In this document: piece by piece, positions 52,524 through 63,222 of the stretch
How the letters are laid out: every line of letters begins with the position of its first letter
How positions within the stretch are numbered: position 1 is the first letter of the stretch
Sequence record: KU726251.1
Reading direction: 5' to 3' (one strand)
DNA: 64,000 bases
Program-made: the position numbers and the translations under genes
The notes under the pieces: model-generated
Database searches by the model: none
What the model was told of the DNA's origin: nothing
Seen by the model: the letters and a program-made list of their open reading frames with translations, nothing else

Positions 52524-53429
52524 ATGGCACTCGAAAACGCTTACAGCGGTAATCCCTTTAATGCACTTGACCTTACTCGCACCAAGGCAGACCTGGAATT
52601 AGCCCGTAAACTTAACCAAACTGTCTCGCAGTCCGATGAAGTTCATTACGTTGTTGAGACCGCTGATGTAAAACCGTTTCCTTTGCCGATTGTTATCGGC
52701 GACGACGTTTATGTATACGCAGCCACGTTTACCACGCTGGATAAGACCAACGAGCTAAAAATACGAAACCCAGTCGAACACGCATTGCGTCTCGACCAGG
52801 CTCGCTGGGAATTGGTGTGGAAACGGAGTAATGGTAAGCTTGCTGCACTGATGGCACAGATGCCCTACCACCATGAGATTTTCAGCAAATGGGTGTCGGA
52901 TGCGATTACCCACACGTTTGCACTTGCTCCATATCAAAGTGGGCAAATCAAAGCGTTGGCTGCATTATTCTCAGTGGGGCAGTTCTATAACCACGTCGAA
53001 GATGACGTGAAAGCGTTACGTTTGCAGCAGATGCTGGAGCAGCAATTAGGCTTACCTGCAGAACTGTTTGAATCAGTGACAGGCCACACAGAATATCTTT
53101 TCCCGCGCAATATCGCAGAATTCGTCGAAATGGTGCAGGCTGCAGATATCACTCCGCGGGTGCGTGACCTGAGCATTCTGTCTCTGCAGCAGATGCTGAA
53201 TACCAGCTTCTTCGGGGTGAGTTATGAAAAACAACTCGCTACCAGCGCCATCGAATATCCGCCTAGTCTCTTCGTTATGATTAAGGCTTGTCTGGATAAT
53301 AACATGTTTAACCGCAGTCGGTTAGGTGGGATTGTGAAGAAGTCAGACACCGCTAAGAAACGCGATAAGTTTGAATTCACTTACAACCTTCTGTTGAATC
53401 AAAACACCAAACCACTGAACATCAAGTAA
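52524..53429 (+). CDS. Putative virion structural protein
   Basis: ATG at 52524; first gene of the operon ending in terminase. Confidence 0.6.
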   Translation: MALENAYSGNPFNALDLTRTKADLELARKLNQTVSQSDEVHYVVETADVKPFPLPIVIGDDVYVYAATFTTLDKTNELKIRNPVEHALRLDQARWELVWKRSNGKLAALMAQMPYHHEIFSKWVSDAITHTFALAPYQSGQIKALAALFSVGQFYNHVEDDVKALRLQQMLEQQLGLPAELFESVTGHTEYLFPRNIAEFVEMVQAADITPRVRDLSILSLQQMLNTSFFGVSYEKQLATSAIEYPPSLFVMIKACLDNNMFNRSRLGGIVKKSDTAKKRDKFEFTYNLLLNQNTKPLNIK

Positions 53430-53439
53430 GAGGCCCACT

Positions 53440-55952
53440 ATGGAGAACTGGCTGGTCGCTCACGCCGTTAAAAATGCGTGGCAGCGTCCGTACCTCGATG
53501 GGGTGTTGAACATTGCGCCTTTTCGATTAACTGAAAAGACCGGAGCGATCGGGTTTTTCAAGCACGGGCGTAATCCGATTCCTTTACCGGGCGAGGGGTG
53601 GTGGCACGCGTTTGTAATTGACAAGCTCCACCTCAACTACGGCAACTTGAGCATCCCTCTTGAGCGCTGGAAGAAACTTACTACGTGTGTAAATAACTTC
53701 CATGCGTGGATGCAGGTGTACAACGAAGATGGGACAATTATCCCGTCGAACTCTGTGTATTTCTGGCGGACACTCTCTGGTCAGATTTACATGGCGATTC
53801 CGCAAACGGAACGCTACAAGTGGTTAGACGACACGCCATGTTATCTACGCATTTATGCCGGTAATGATGGCGGCGAAAACGCTCCTGTTGTTAAACCGAC
53901 GTTCATCGAACCGTATAATCCGCCGAACCCACAACAGATCCAGATCGTCTTAGACCGTTATAATCTATTGAAGAGCCAGAAAATCGGCTATGTCGATTTC
54001 TGGGTAAACGGAAAGATGATTGTCGATCCTAAACCTGGGGATATCAAAGCATGGGATGATGTTGAAATCCGTGTCGATGGACGTATTCGTCGTGTGGTTG
54101 AATACCGTTGTGGGGATTTGCAAACGTTCTACTCAACGCTTGACCAAACACGAAAATACTTGCTGCACATTCCAAAAGGGGACGGCGTTTGGATTTTCAA
54201 CAACGACTGTGAAATTCAGTTGTTGTGGAAAGGTGAGGGGCGTTACTACCATCGTCACCGCCATCTGGCCGTACGACAATTGACGTGGAACGATCTATCG
54301 ATTCCTTCGATGCGGATTTCGAAGTACCGCACCGCGTTCAATACCCCGATGAATGATATCGACGAACTAACGATTCGTTTATTGATACGTGACGATTTCC
54401 TTGACCTGAAGCCGCTGTATAATTCCACCCACACGCACGATCTCTATCGTCTTAACGACGAGCAAATCGTCGGTGCGATGGTGGGGGCAAACTCCAACGT
54501 ACCGGAGTGGACCGCAGCAGCGCTCGAAGAATCGGCAGCGAATCGGTTAGCGGCAGCCAAACTCCGGAACATCACACGCGATCTCTGCACTGACGCGTAC
54601 GGCTACAATGCCGCCGCACGTTACAGTGCCGACACTCCACAGCGTCTGGAACTTACATCCGGTGGTTATCGTGGTACTCTGCCCGACTTACTGGCAACGC
54701 TGTCAACTGTATACGAGTACGATGCCGATGGGTTGCTGTTAGAACATCACCGTAATGCAGGCTACGATGTTTACATCCCTCGCAATCCAGAAGCACGAAT
54801 CATCGAGGCTATTGCAGGCGAAGTCTCGGATGCGGTGAAGGTTGTTGACAACGCACCTGACTTTGAAATTGAGCCAGGTTCAAACGTTGGGCTCTGGATT
54901 CGAATGGTCGTCGGGGAAGTTCCAACTAACGACTACTACAAAGCCGAGGAAGGAACGGATTATACCCGCGACGGAAATAAAATCACCTGGACCGTAGATC
55001 GGACACGACGTCACCCGACAGTGATTTACGACGACTTCCATCTGTCTTCGAAGTAGATGTTAAGGTGTCGGAAGGTCAGATACGTATTCCGATTGTAGCA
55101 CGTAACCAAGACGGGCAGCAGCGCACGCTGTGGCTACCGATGGAAACGGTTGAAGTGTGGTTGAACAACCACCCACTGGTGCACGGTATCGATTACCACA
55201 CCCGCTGGCCGGAAATTGTGGTGGTTTGTAAAGCATGGATGGCGGACGGGGATACAAATAAAATCTCAGTGCGTTGTCGTGGCGTGACCGGTGAACTCCG
55301 TATTCCTAAACACGGTTTCGTGTCAAGCGGACTGCTATCTAATAACAGCCAGTTTGATTGCCGTGACGACAAAGTGATTCGTGTCGTGGGTGGTGGTTCA
55401 CTGCTATTGCGTGACGAAGTCGTGTTCCGTGAAGACAACACTGTAGGTGTCGACATCGTACAAGACGGGTTCCCATACTCGGTCGACGATCCGACTATTC
55501 CGTTGCGGACGCTGGTAAGCGGCGATACGTACGACTTGCGCGACACTGCCCGTGATTTGGATACACGCGTCGAGGCTTATCTGTCTAACTGGTTCCCGAC
55601 ACCCCCACCGGTTAACCCGGTACCGTTGCCGTATCTGTATCACCTCTATTCGCCAACCCTGAACAAGATCTTGTGGGACTACTTGCAAGGTATTCTGATT
55701 CTGCGGGAAGACGATCCGGAGTATCGTATCTCGACGTCACAGCTGGATAACATCATGGAGCGTTATAAAGACCTCCTGCCGTTTGACCCGGCCTATATCG
55801 GTTACGATAAAGCGTTTGTGAAACTGCATCCGCATGTGAAGTACGAAACGGTAGAAATCAACGAACTTGGCTTTGCTTTCTTAGACCGCGTCAATGAACG
55901 TTATCTGAATGGCGAAGTGCAGCTTAATCAGTATCTGATAATCAAGGGTTAA
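53440..55952 (+). CDS. Putative virion structural protein, apparent frameshift at ~55045
   Basis: ORFs 53440..55056 and 55065..55952 join (HL-FFEVDVKVSEGQ) with one added T. Confidence 0.65.
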
Positions 55953-55954
55953 TC

Positions 55955-57598
55955 ATGGCGAAGATTGCGTCCAAATTAATCGACAAGGATCGCGGGTTCG
56001 AAGTCTGGGACCCGAGTGAATTGTACGAACCAAACAAACCAACAGGTTACGTACCTAACCCACGTGACCTTATCGTGAACGACATGACCTCCGGTTTTGA
56101 CCGTGTGGTTAGCGTAAACTATTCGGTACCGTCGTGGGAAACAGAACCGTTCGGTGGCGTTGGTGTGGCAAACCAAGACGGGCGTCTTAATGGTCACTAC
56201 CCACTACGCTCTGACAGATATCGCGTCTACGTGGACAGCACCAAACTTCCACCGACGATGGTTATCGATGATGCCGTCACTTTCAACGGTCCCGATATCG
56301 ACGGTGTGCGTATCTTGCGTGGCTCATCTGTAAACGATGATGCGGAAATCCTGTCTGGTTATTACAAAGACGGGGTTCTGAAAAAGAACTATCTGCCGGT
56401 GCAGACTATCAGTGCGGCTGACGCAGAAACCGTGGTGAAGCAAGCGATTCCTGGGAGCTGCCTGGCCGAAGTCAGTAACGGCGAAGAGTGTACCTTCCTG
56501 GTCTACTCCGACGTCGGTAACGTTGTTCAGATCGCTCACGGTCACATCATCAAGACCAATCTGGTGATGGCGCAAGAGACTCCGTCTCGCACTGTGCTAG
56601 GTATTAAACTGGTTTCTCCGTTCCTGGTAGACGACAACGGTACTACGCTGACGCTGCCGATTAACATCCCGCTGGAATCTATTCCGCTGTGGTGTGACAT
56701 CCAGTACAGCGACGGAACCAAACGCCTACCTATTGATGGCTCGCGTGTGAAGTTTAACGGTCTGCGCAACTCTGGTGCTCACGACACATTCTACATTGCG
56801 TCAAACGCCGGTAATGAGTTACCTTGCCAGTTAAGCTATCAGCTGGCCCGTGGTGAAACCTACGGTGGCACCGATATCGTTAAAGATACGATTGTCAAAG
56901 ACTATACCGCTGTGACCGAAACTGTTGATGGGGCGTACTCCATGAAGCTGTTTGTGGTTCCGCGTTGGTTGGATGCGAACCGTGGCTATCGTCTGTCGTT
57001 CCTATTGTACAACCTGACTCGCGGCCAAGTCTACGACGCGACCGCAAACATCCAGTACACCACAGGGACTACTTTCGACCCACTATTGATGGGTGTGAAA
57101 CAGCGTCTGAACGTGCAGGTGGATATCAGCAAAGTGAATCCACAGTTCCGTGCATTCATCCAGGCGCAGTCTTTCGCTATCACACTGGTTAACCCAGGTA
57201 ACGAGTTGAACACCAACTTCCTTATCGAGTACCTGCCTGATGGGCTGGTCTATGGTAATGAAATTTGGGCAGAGTTCAAATACTCTAACGTCAACTACTC
57301 CACGCTGAACCTTCGTTGTGGTTGTGCCTCTAAAGCCGAGTGGCTTAAAGCGTTGTACGAGCCGGTTTATCCACTCTACGATCGTCGTAATGAATCTGAG
57401 GCTCCCGAGCCTACACACTTTGAGGTGCATGTCGGTGGTAAGGTTTACACCCACAGCATCGATGAGTGGTTAAATGAGCAAACGGTAGATTATCGTATCG
57501 CTCTGGACGATTCGTTAGTTATTCGCTGGATTCGTCGCACTCCTACGGATACGCTTAACCTCGCGGCTACGCCAATGCTGGCGCACCACATCGAGTAA
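55955..57598 (+). CDS. Putative virion structural protein
   Basis: 547-aa beta-rich ORF upstream of terminase. Confidence 0.6.
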   Translation: MAKIASKLIDKDRGFEVWDPSELYEPNKPTGYVPNPRDLIVNDMTSGFDRVVSVNYSVPSWETEPFGGVGVANQDGRLNGHYPLRSDRYRVYVDSTKLPPTMVIDDAVTFNGPDIDGVRILRGSSVNDDAEILSGYYKDGVLKKNYLPVQTISAADAETVVKQAIPGSCLAEVSNGEECTFLVYSDVGNVVQIAHGHIIKTNLVMAQETPSRTVLGIKLVSPFLVDDNGTTLTLPINIPLESIPLWCDIQYSDGTKRLPIDGSRVKFNGLRNSGAHDTFYIASNAGNELPCQLSYQLARGETYGGTDIVKDTIVKDYTAVTETVDGAYSMKLFVVPRWLDANRGYRLSFLLYNLTRGQVYDATANIQYTTGTTFDPLLMGVKQRLNVQVDISKVNPQFRAFIQAQSFAITLVNPGNELNTNFLIEYLPDGLVYGNEIWAEFKYSNVNYSTLNLRCGCASKAEWLKALYEPVYPLYDRRNESEAPEPTHFEVHVGGKVYTHSIDEWLNEQTVDYRIALDDSLVIRWIRRTPTDTLNLAATPMLAHHIE

Positions 57599-57606
57599 CA
57601 AACCTT

Positions 57607-57630
57607 CCTCCACCCCTTCGGGGGTGGAGG
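57607..57630 (+). other. UUCG hairpin without U-tract upstream of terminase
   Basis: CCTCCACCCC-TTCG-GGGGTGGAGG. Confidence 0.65.
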
Positions 57631-57642
57631 TATGGAGATTGT

Positions 57643-59754
57643 ATGATACTGCGAAAAAACGATTGGCGACACTATCCGGGCGCGATTGTTGACGATGTCA
57701 CACCAAATGTGCACTTCCTTCAGTTCGCCACAACACTACAAGGATTAGGTGTCCAGCATTGGTACGTCCACCTGGCATTACACAATCCCGAACTCCGTGG
57801 TGTTGATCCATTTAGCCCGGATTTAACACTCGAACAAAAAGCGATGATTGTTACGGAGTGTGCGGAAAACCCATGGTACTTCTTCCGTGAGTGTGTCCGG
57901 GTCCCTGCGGATGGTGTAAAGAACGGGATGCCGTTTCGTCTAGACCGCGGTAACTTTTCGATGTATTGGATTTTCTTCAACAACATCGACGCCGCTATCG
58001 AGTTTCTCCGTCAGCATGGTAAAACTGTCGGGATGTCCGCATTGCTATTGTGGCTGATGCGCTTCCTGGAGAACTCACGTACGATTCTTATCACGAAGGG
58101 TCCTGCCCTGCGTGAAGAAACTATCAACAAAATGAAACAACTGCGTAACGCGTTACCGGATTACCTCTGGCCTCATCATCCGGACGATCCTGATAACCGT
58201 GAGACGTTTGCATGTCTAGCGCAGGGTAACAAACTTATCACCGGCATCGGGCAAAACGATAAGGAAGCTGCGAACGGGGTAGGCCGTGGACTCACAGCCG
58301 GACGCCTGTTCTCGGATGAAGGACCGTTTACCAACAACATCCACCATATCCTCCCCGCTGCACTAGCATCGGGTACCGCGGCGCGTCGTATTAACGAAGC
58401 CGAAGGTGTTCCATACGGCAACGTCTTCGCAACAACACCTGGGGATTTGGCGACAGAAGAAGGCGAGTACATGTACAGCCTGATGACGTCGGGGATTTCG
58501 TGGGATGAACGGTATATCGACATTCCGACTCGTGCACAACTGATTGACATGATTCGCAAAGGCTCTACTGCGAAGATTCCACGTATCATGTTCTACGTGA
58601 AATACAACCACCGCCAACTCGGTACCACGGACGAAGAACTCGCAGATATGATTGCGAACGCCCCAGGTACACCAGACCAAATCCGCCGTGACTTCGGTGG
58701 TGAATGGACAACCGGTGGTTACAACAAACCGTTCTCAGGCGATGATGCAAGACGTATGAACGCCTCGCGTATTCGGGCAGCACAGAAAATTATCTCTGCT
58801 TCCAACTACGTAACGGATTGGTATTACACTGAAGAACAGATGCTGGTTAAAATGCAAGACCGCCACATCATCGGTTTGGATACCTCCGAAGCCGTTGGAC
58901 GTGACGCCATTGCCATGTCAATCGTCAACTCTGTCACTGCCGAATATGCCGGCAAGCTCACCGTGAACGAAACAAACGTCATCGGGTTTGCGATTCACTT
59001 AGCAGACTTCATGATCGAATATCCGAACACGGTACTCATTCTGGAACGACGGTCTACCGGCTCCTCGGTAGCAGATGCCATCATACTGCAGCTGCAATCT
59101 AAGGTTCGCGATTTGCATCGTCGTTTGTACGTGAAAGTGACCCAGGATTACTCAAGGAACGATGAACTTTACAAAGAGTTCCATCGTGGCCCTGTGGGCA
59201 GTCCAGAGCGCTTCTGGGACAAATTCCGTAAATACATCGGTTTCTCAACCGACCAGGATAAACGCCGTAAGTTGTATGGTGAAGTATTTACCACGGCGTT
59301 GCGTCTTTCTGCGGACTTACTGCGGTCAGGCGAATTGATCGACCAAATCCTCGGTCTCGTCGAACGAAACGGGCGCATAGACCACCGTGCGTCCGGTCAC
59401 GATGACCTGGTAATATCCTGGCTTCTGGCAATGTGGTTACTTCTGTTCGGCAACAACTTAGGCCACTACGGTATAAGTAACAGCCGACTGATGATGCGCA
59501 ACCGCAATATGCTCGGGGGCATGGCAGGTGAATTCGATGAAGAGGCTGCAGTCGAGGAAGAAGAAAAGCAACAACAACTGATGGGGCAAATTGAAACGAT
59601 GATTAGACAGAGTCAAGTTGTAGCCGACCCGGTACAACAGCTCATGTACAAGAATCGTATTCAAGCGCTCGTCTCTCAACTCAACACTGACGTTCGTAAC
59701 GTCGCATCGATGGAAAGCTTGAAAGAGCTAATCCAACGACAGAGGATGAAGTGA
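57643..59754 (+). CDS. terL: Terminase large subunit
   Basis: ENPWYFFRE, LRQHGKT (Walker A), LFSDEG (Walker B), IIGLDTS and HDDLVIS nuclease motifs. Confidence 0.95.
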   Translation: MILRKNDWRHYPGAIVDDVTPNVHFLQFATTLQGLGVQHWYVHLALHNPELRGVDPFSPDLTLEQKAMIVTECAENPWYFFRECVRVPADGVKNGMPFRLDRGNFSMYWIFFNNIDAAIEFLRQHGKTVGMSALLLWLMRFLENSRTILITKGPALREETINKMKQLRNALPDYLWPHHPDDPDNRETFACLAQGNKLITGIGQNDKEAANGVGRGLTAGRLFSDEGPFTNNIHHILPAALASGTAARRINEAEGVPYGNVFATTPGDLATEEGEYMYSLMTSGISWDERYIDIPTRAQLIDMIRKGSTAKIPRIMFYVKYNHRQLGTTDEELADMIANAPGTPDQIRRDFGGEWTTGGYNKPFSGDDARRMNASRIRAAQKIISASNYVTDWYYTEEQMLVKMQDRHIIGLDTSEAVGRDAIAMSIVNSVTAEYAGKLTVNETNVIGFAIHLADFMIEYPNTVLILERRSTGSSVADAIILQLQSKVRDLHRRLYVKVTQDYSRNDELYKEFHRGPVGSPERFWDKFRKYIGFSTDQDKRRKLYGEVFTTALRLSADLLRSGELIDQILGLVERNGRIDHRASGHDDLVISWLLAMWLLLFGNNLGHYGISNSRLMMRNRNMLGGMAGEFDEEAAVEEEEKQQQLMGQIETMIRQSQVVADPVQQLMYKNRIQALVSQLNTDVRNVASMESLKELIQRQRMK

Positions 59755-59993
59755 TGACTCAACTCTACTATGCAATCGTGATGGTAATGTGGATTTGTCT
59801 GTACTTTGGCTTACGCCACACCATCGAAGTAATACGCATCCACGCACAAAGCCACGATGTCTGCACACGCACAATGCGGCTCGGGCAGATCACCTGTAGC
59901 TTTGGCGTATTGCTTATCGGTGGACTATCGACCGCGGGGCTACACGTTGTGTATACCCTACATCAAGTTGCCGTATCGGGAGCACTCGCCTGA
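59751..59993 (+). CDS. Small two-TM membrane protein
   Basis: 80 aa, two hydrophobic segments, GTGA overlap with terminase. Confidence 0.55.
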   Translation: MMTQLYYAIVMVMWICLYFGLRHTIEVIRIHAQSHDVCTRTMRLGQITCSFGVLLIGGLSTAGLHVVYTLHQVAVSGALA

Positions 59994-60023
59994 ATCAACT
60001 TTAACTCGAAAAAATACGACGTA

Positions 60024-60064
60024 GCCACCTCTCCGAAACTGGAGAGGTGGCATTTTATTTTATT
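60024..60064. terminator. Bidirectional intrinsic terminator
   Basis: GCCACCTCTCC-GAAACT-GGAGAGGTGGC with a T-tract. Confidence 0.85.
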
Positions 60065-61436
60065 TCTGCAAAGAGCGGATCAAGAAGTACAACAACAACG
60101 CATTACGCAAAGCGGCCAATGCGGCTTCATGGCGGATATGTGTTTCTCGTGCAGCCAGTTTCTCAATACGTTCACGTAACGATAACACGTACGGGTTGGG
60201 GGACTTCGAAGCCTGGTACAACGAACGCATACGCAGTAGAACCGTACTCGCATCGTTAAAGTTCAGACGAGAAGTAACAATTTCGTCGAACGCGTGCGAT
60301 AGCGTGTCCTCCATGATAGCGTTAATCTCATCGCGCTTTTTGCCAAGCGGTAGACTTGCAATATACGCCAGCAAAGTTTTCAGTGCCGCGGGAGATGCTT
60401 TGGGTACTAGCTCCAACACCACTTTTGCTAATTGCTCTTTGTAAAGATTGTTGATATCGTAAGACGCATCGAACAGATTCTGCTTAGCGATATCCAGTGC
60501 ACCCACTTTGTCACGGATAATTGATTCGCCGTCTAACTCAATTCGGGTTGACTGCGTAATCACACGACTGTTATCACGACGCACTTTGTCCAGCACCGCG
60601 TAATAGTCCTTCACGGTTTGTTTGGTACGGGTGTTCAGGTCGGTGATAAAACGCAATACCAGGTCTGGCGTATCAAAACGTTTAACCGCGTCGTAGTTTG
60701 GGTACTCCGGAGAACAGAAGTATTCTGAACGCTCCTGCATGTGCAGACCCCAGTTGCCTAAACGACGGATATCGAACTTTAACGACAACATCGAGTATGC
60801 GGCGTCGGCAGCGGCCATGTCGACCGGCTTGGGGAAGAAGTGATAATATATACTGGAGTAGAATTTGAATTGCAGAAGCGTTACTAACGATACCGCCGCG
60901 GCGTGGATTTCACGATCGGCGAATTTCGACATCATTCGATGTAGAGTATACACCGTAGAGAGGTTATACGGATCACCCGCCACTGCCCAGTCGGTGTTAA
61001 TCGTACCTGATTCTTTAATCATCTCGAACAGATAATCTTCATCCACTTTCAAGACATCTTCAAAAAAGCGGTTACGGTCAGAATCGTAGAAACGAATGGT
61101 GTGGACGCCTAATAGATTAGACCCTAGCCACTCCACATTGCCTTCACGTTTAAGAATGTTATCCACGTGAAGTTGAATTTGCTTTGCAAAACGACGATCG
61201 ATAACGACATGTTTAAAACATTCGTCAAACACTTTACGTAATCGGTCATTCTTCATGGCTTCTGCAGCAACCACCAGTCCCATCGGAACGTAGCCACCAA
61301 AACCATAGTCGTAATACAAGCCCGTAGAATACGTGTCATCGTCGAAGAATGGGTCACGTCCGAATGATTCGACGGCAACCTTCACTCCGGTATCACGATA
61401 ACAACCGGCACTGAAATCATAAACCAATTCAGACAT
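60060..61436 (-). CDS. Putative head protein with N-terminal propeptide
   Basis: 458 aa with RBS GAGG; N-terminal A-x-E sites (AVE, AAE) matching the family prohead-protease motif. Confidence 0.6.
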   Translation of the reverse strand: MSELVYDFSAGCYRDTGVKVAVESFGRDPFFDDDTYSTGLYYDYGFGGYVPMGLVVAAEAMKNDRLRKVFDECFKHVVIDRRFAKQIQLHVDNILKREGNVEWLGSNLLGVHTIRFYDSDRNRFFEDVLKVDEDYLFEMIKESGTINTDWAVAGDPYNLSTVYTLHRMMSKFADREIHAAAVSLVTLLQFKFYSSIYYHFFPKPVDMAAADAAYSMLSLKFDIRRLGNWGLHMQERSEYFCSPEYPNYDAVKRFDTPDLVLRFITDLNTRTKQTVKDYYAVLDKVRRDNSRVITQSTRIELDGESIIRDKVGALDIAKQNLFDASYDINNLYKEQLAKVVLELVPKASPAALKTLLAYIASLPLGKKRDEINAIMEDTLSHAFDEIVTSRLNFNDASTVLLRMRSLYQASKSPNPYVLSLRERIEKLAARETHIRHEAALAALRNALLLYFLIRSLQK

Positions 61437-61508
61437 GGCGCTAAACCTCTAAAAATTTACGGATATATGTTATCATACTGAGAGTATACCTGAAGGAGAT
61501 TTTACCCA

Positions 61509-62641
61509 ATGATGAACTATGAACGTAAGCACGCGTGGCAAGAAAAGCTACGCACGGGACAGATACATTCTGCCCAACAAGTGAAGATGTGGGTGCTGCC
61601 ACACGGCGTCATCTGCGAAATGGTCCAGGTCGGAGGATTACCTATTCTTCGAAATGGTAAATACGATTCGATGAACACGGTACTCGCACGCTTGCTGGCC
61701 GATGCAGGCATAATGGGTACCGTGATTTTATATTCAACCGCAACGATTCCTCAGAACCTTTCTCGCTGGTTAACACATTGGCTTTCCAATGACCCTAGCG
61801 AGGACGATCCGTGGCTACGTTCGATGACAGTGACAACAATGGGTCAACGGCCGACGAAACCCCTCCCATTCCAGGTCAATGTAATTGAACCAGCTATTCT
61901 GGAAGCGGGTGAAGTGTTTGAAGCAATCAAACATCGATCTCGCGATGTTAGCATCAGTCAGTTTCTTATCGAAGCGAATGATGTGACTTACCGGCTGGAG
62001 CCTGTACGACGTATGGACGCTCGTATCGTCGACTGCACAGAGTTTGGGTATGTCTTGCGCACACAGGGCAACCACACGTTCCTGCATCGATGCTTTCTCG
62101 CCGCGTGCAGGGACAATTAGCACACTACAAAGTGTCCCCTGCTGACCTCGTCGGTACCGACGTTAAGGTCGAATACACAATGTTTACCGAAGGGAATCGA
62201 CTGTGTAATTTTAAGTCTCCGGTAGTCTATCGGAGTAAGGCACTTGATGCCTTAGGCGACCAGAATGTCCCGACATACGATGGCCCCTATCCGTTTAAAT
62301 CGCAAGCATCTGCAAACCGTGCGCTCCTTACGGTAACTCGGTGTAAACGTGCAGCGATCACACGGACTGATGGGGAAATCTATGGTAAGGACACTGAGTC
62401 TGACGCAAAACTCTTTTCGTTCCGGCGTGGTGTAAAACCTGGACTATATGCCGCAACGTTTGAAAAGGGGGATGACGTCGAGTTCTGGCAGTTCGACAGT
62501 GATTTTGCGGTAGATGCAATAGACCCGGAAGCGTTAGTGAGTGTCATCACAGACCAAATCTTTTACGCGACGGGTATGAGCCTGCTGGAAATCTTTTTAA
62601 TGTACGATGCCAGATTACCTTCACAGTCAGTCAAAACGTAA
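61509..62641 (+). CDS. ATP-dependent DNA ligase-like protein lacking the catalytic Lys; apparent frameshift at ~62083
   Basis: WVLPHGVIC in place of KxDGxR, LRNGK (SRNGK-like), and OB-fold-like MDARIV...LVGTDVKVEY...GNRL after joining the two ORFs. Confidence 0.5.
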
Positions 62642-62651
62642 GGAGCATCCT

Positions 62652-63161
62652 ATGTTTACTGCGCCAACCATGCGGGTGGGGCAAGGTCTTAACCTGGTGG
62701 TACACGACCAGCGGTTAATCGACCTCTGTGACACAAGCATAATTACTGCGATGATGGACCATAACCCTTTAGGTGACTACGGAAATACCAGCGAGATTTT
62801 GGCTGTTGCTGCCGTCCTCCGTCGTATTTACGGTCAAATAACCATCGTAGATCTCTGTAACTTCATTGACAACCACAGAGATTTAACTAAAGGGTTGGTC
62901 GCACTTACTCAAGATGGTGTGTCAAGTTTTGACAGTTCTCTTGGTAATTTCTTAGACATCGGTTCCGGGTTCGACTCCGGGTTAATGTTCATCACACGTG
63001 AACGCTACGTCGCCGTCTGGGAATTTCTGCAGCGCATGGGTGTGCATGTTCCTGCAAAGATCATGCATTACCAAACTTACGACCTGAATATTTTCGGGGA
63101 GCCAGGGTTATGGATAAAACCAGTACACCTTGGCCTTGATGGCTATACCATCAAGTGTTAA
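62652..63161 (+). CDS. Hypothetical protein
   Basis: ATG at 62652 with RBS AAGGAG. Confidence 0.7.
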   Translation: MFTAPTMRVGQGLNLVVHDQRLIDLCDTSIITAMMDHNPLGDYGNTSEILAVAAVLRRIYGQITIVDLCNFIDNHRDLTKGLVALTQDGVSSFDSSLGNFLDIGSGFDSGLMFITRERYVAVWEFLQRMGVHVPAKIMHYQTYDLNIFGEPGLWIKPVHLGLDGYTIKC

Positions 63162-63168
63162 GTCACTA

Positions 63169-63222
63169 GGCGTACTCTCTTCGGGGAGTACGCCAATCTT
63201 ATTTTTTTTTTATTTTTTTTTG
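63169..63222 (+). terminator. Intrinsic terminator
   Basis: GGCGTACTCTC-TTCG-GGGAGTACGCC followed by a long T-tract. Confidence 0.9.

Noticed and set aside
35637-59754. Inteins or group I introns in RNAP or terminase genes, as found in some relatives
   Set aside because: The reading frames are continuous, with no intein block motifs or homing-endonuclease ORFs seen
10860-61500. TATG late (non-virion RNAP) promoters in divergent intergenic gaps (~10886, ~52480, ~61475)
   Set aside because: A 4-mer occurs too often by chance to call without transcription-start data
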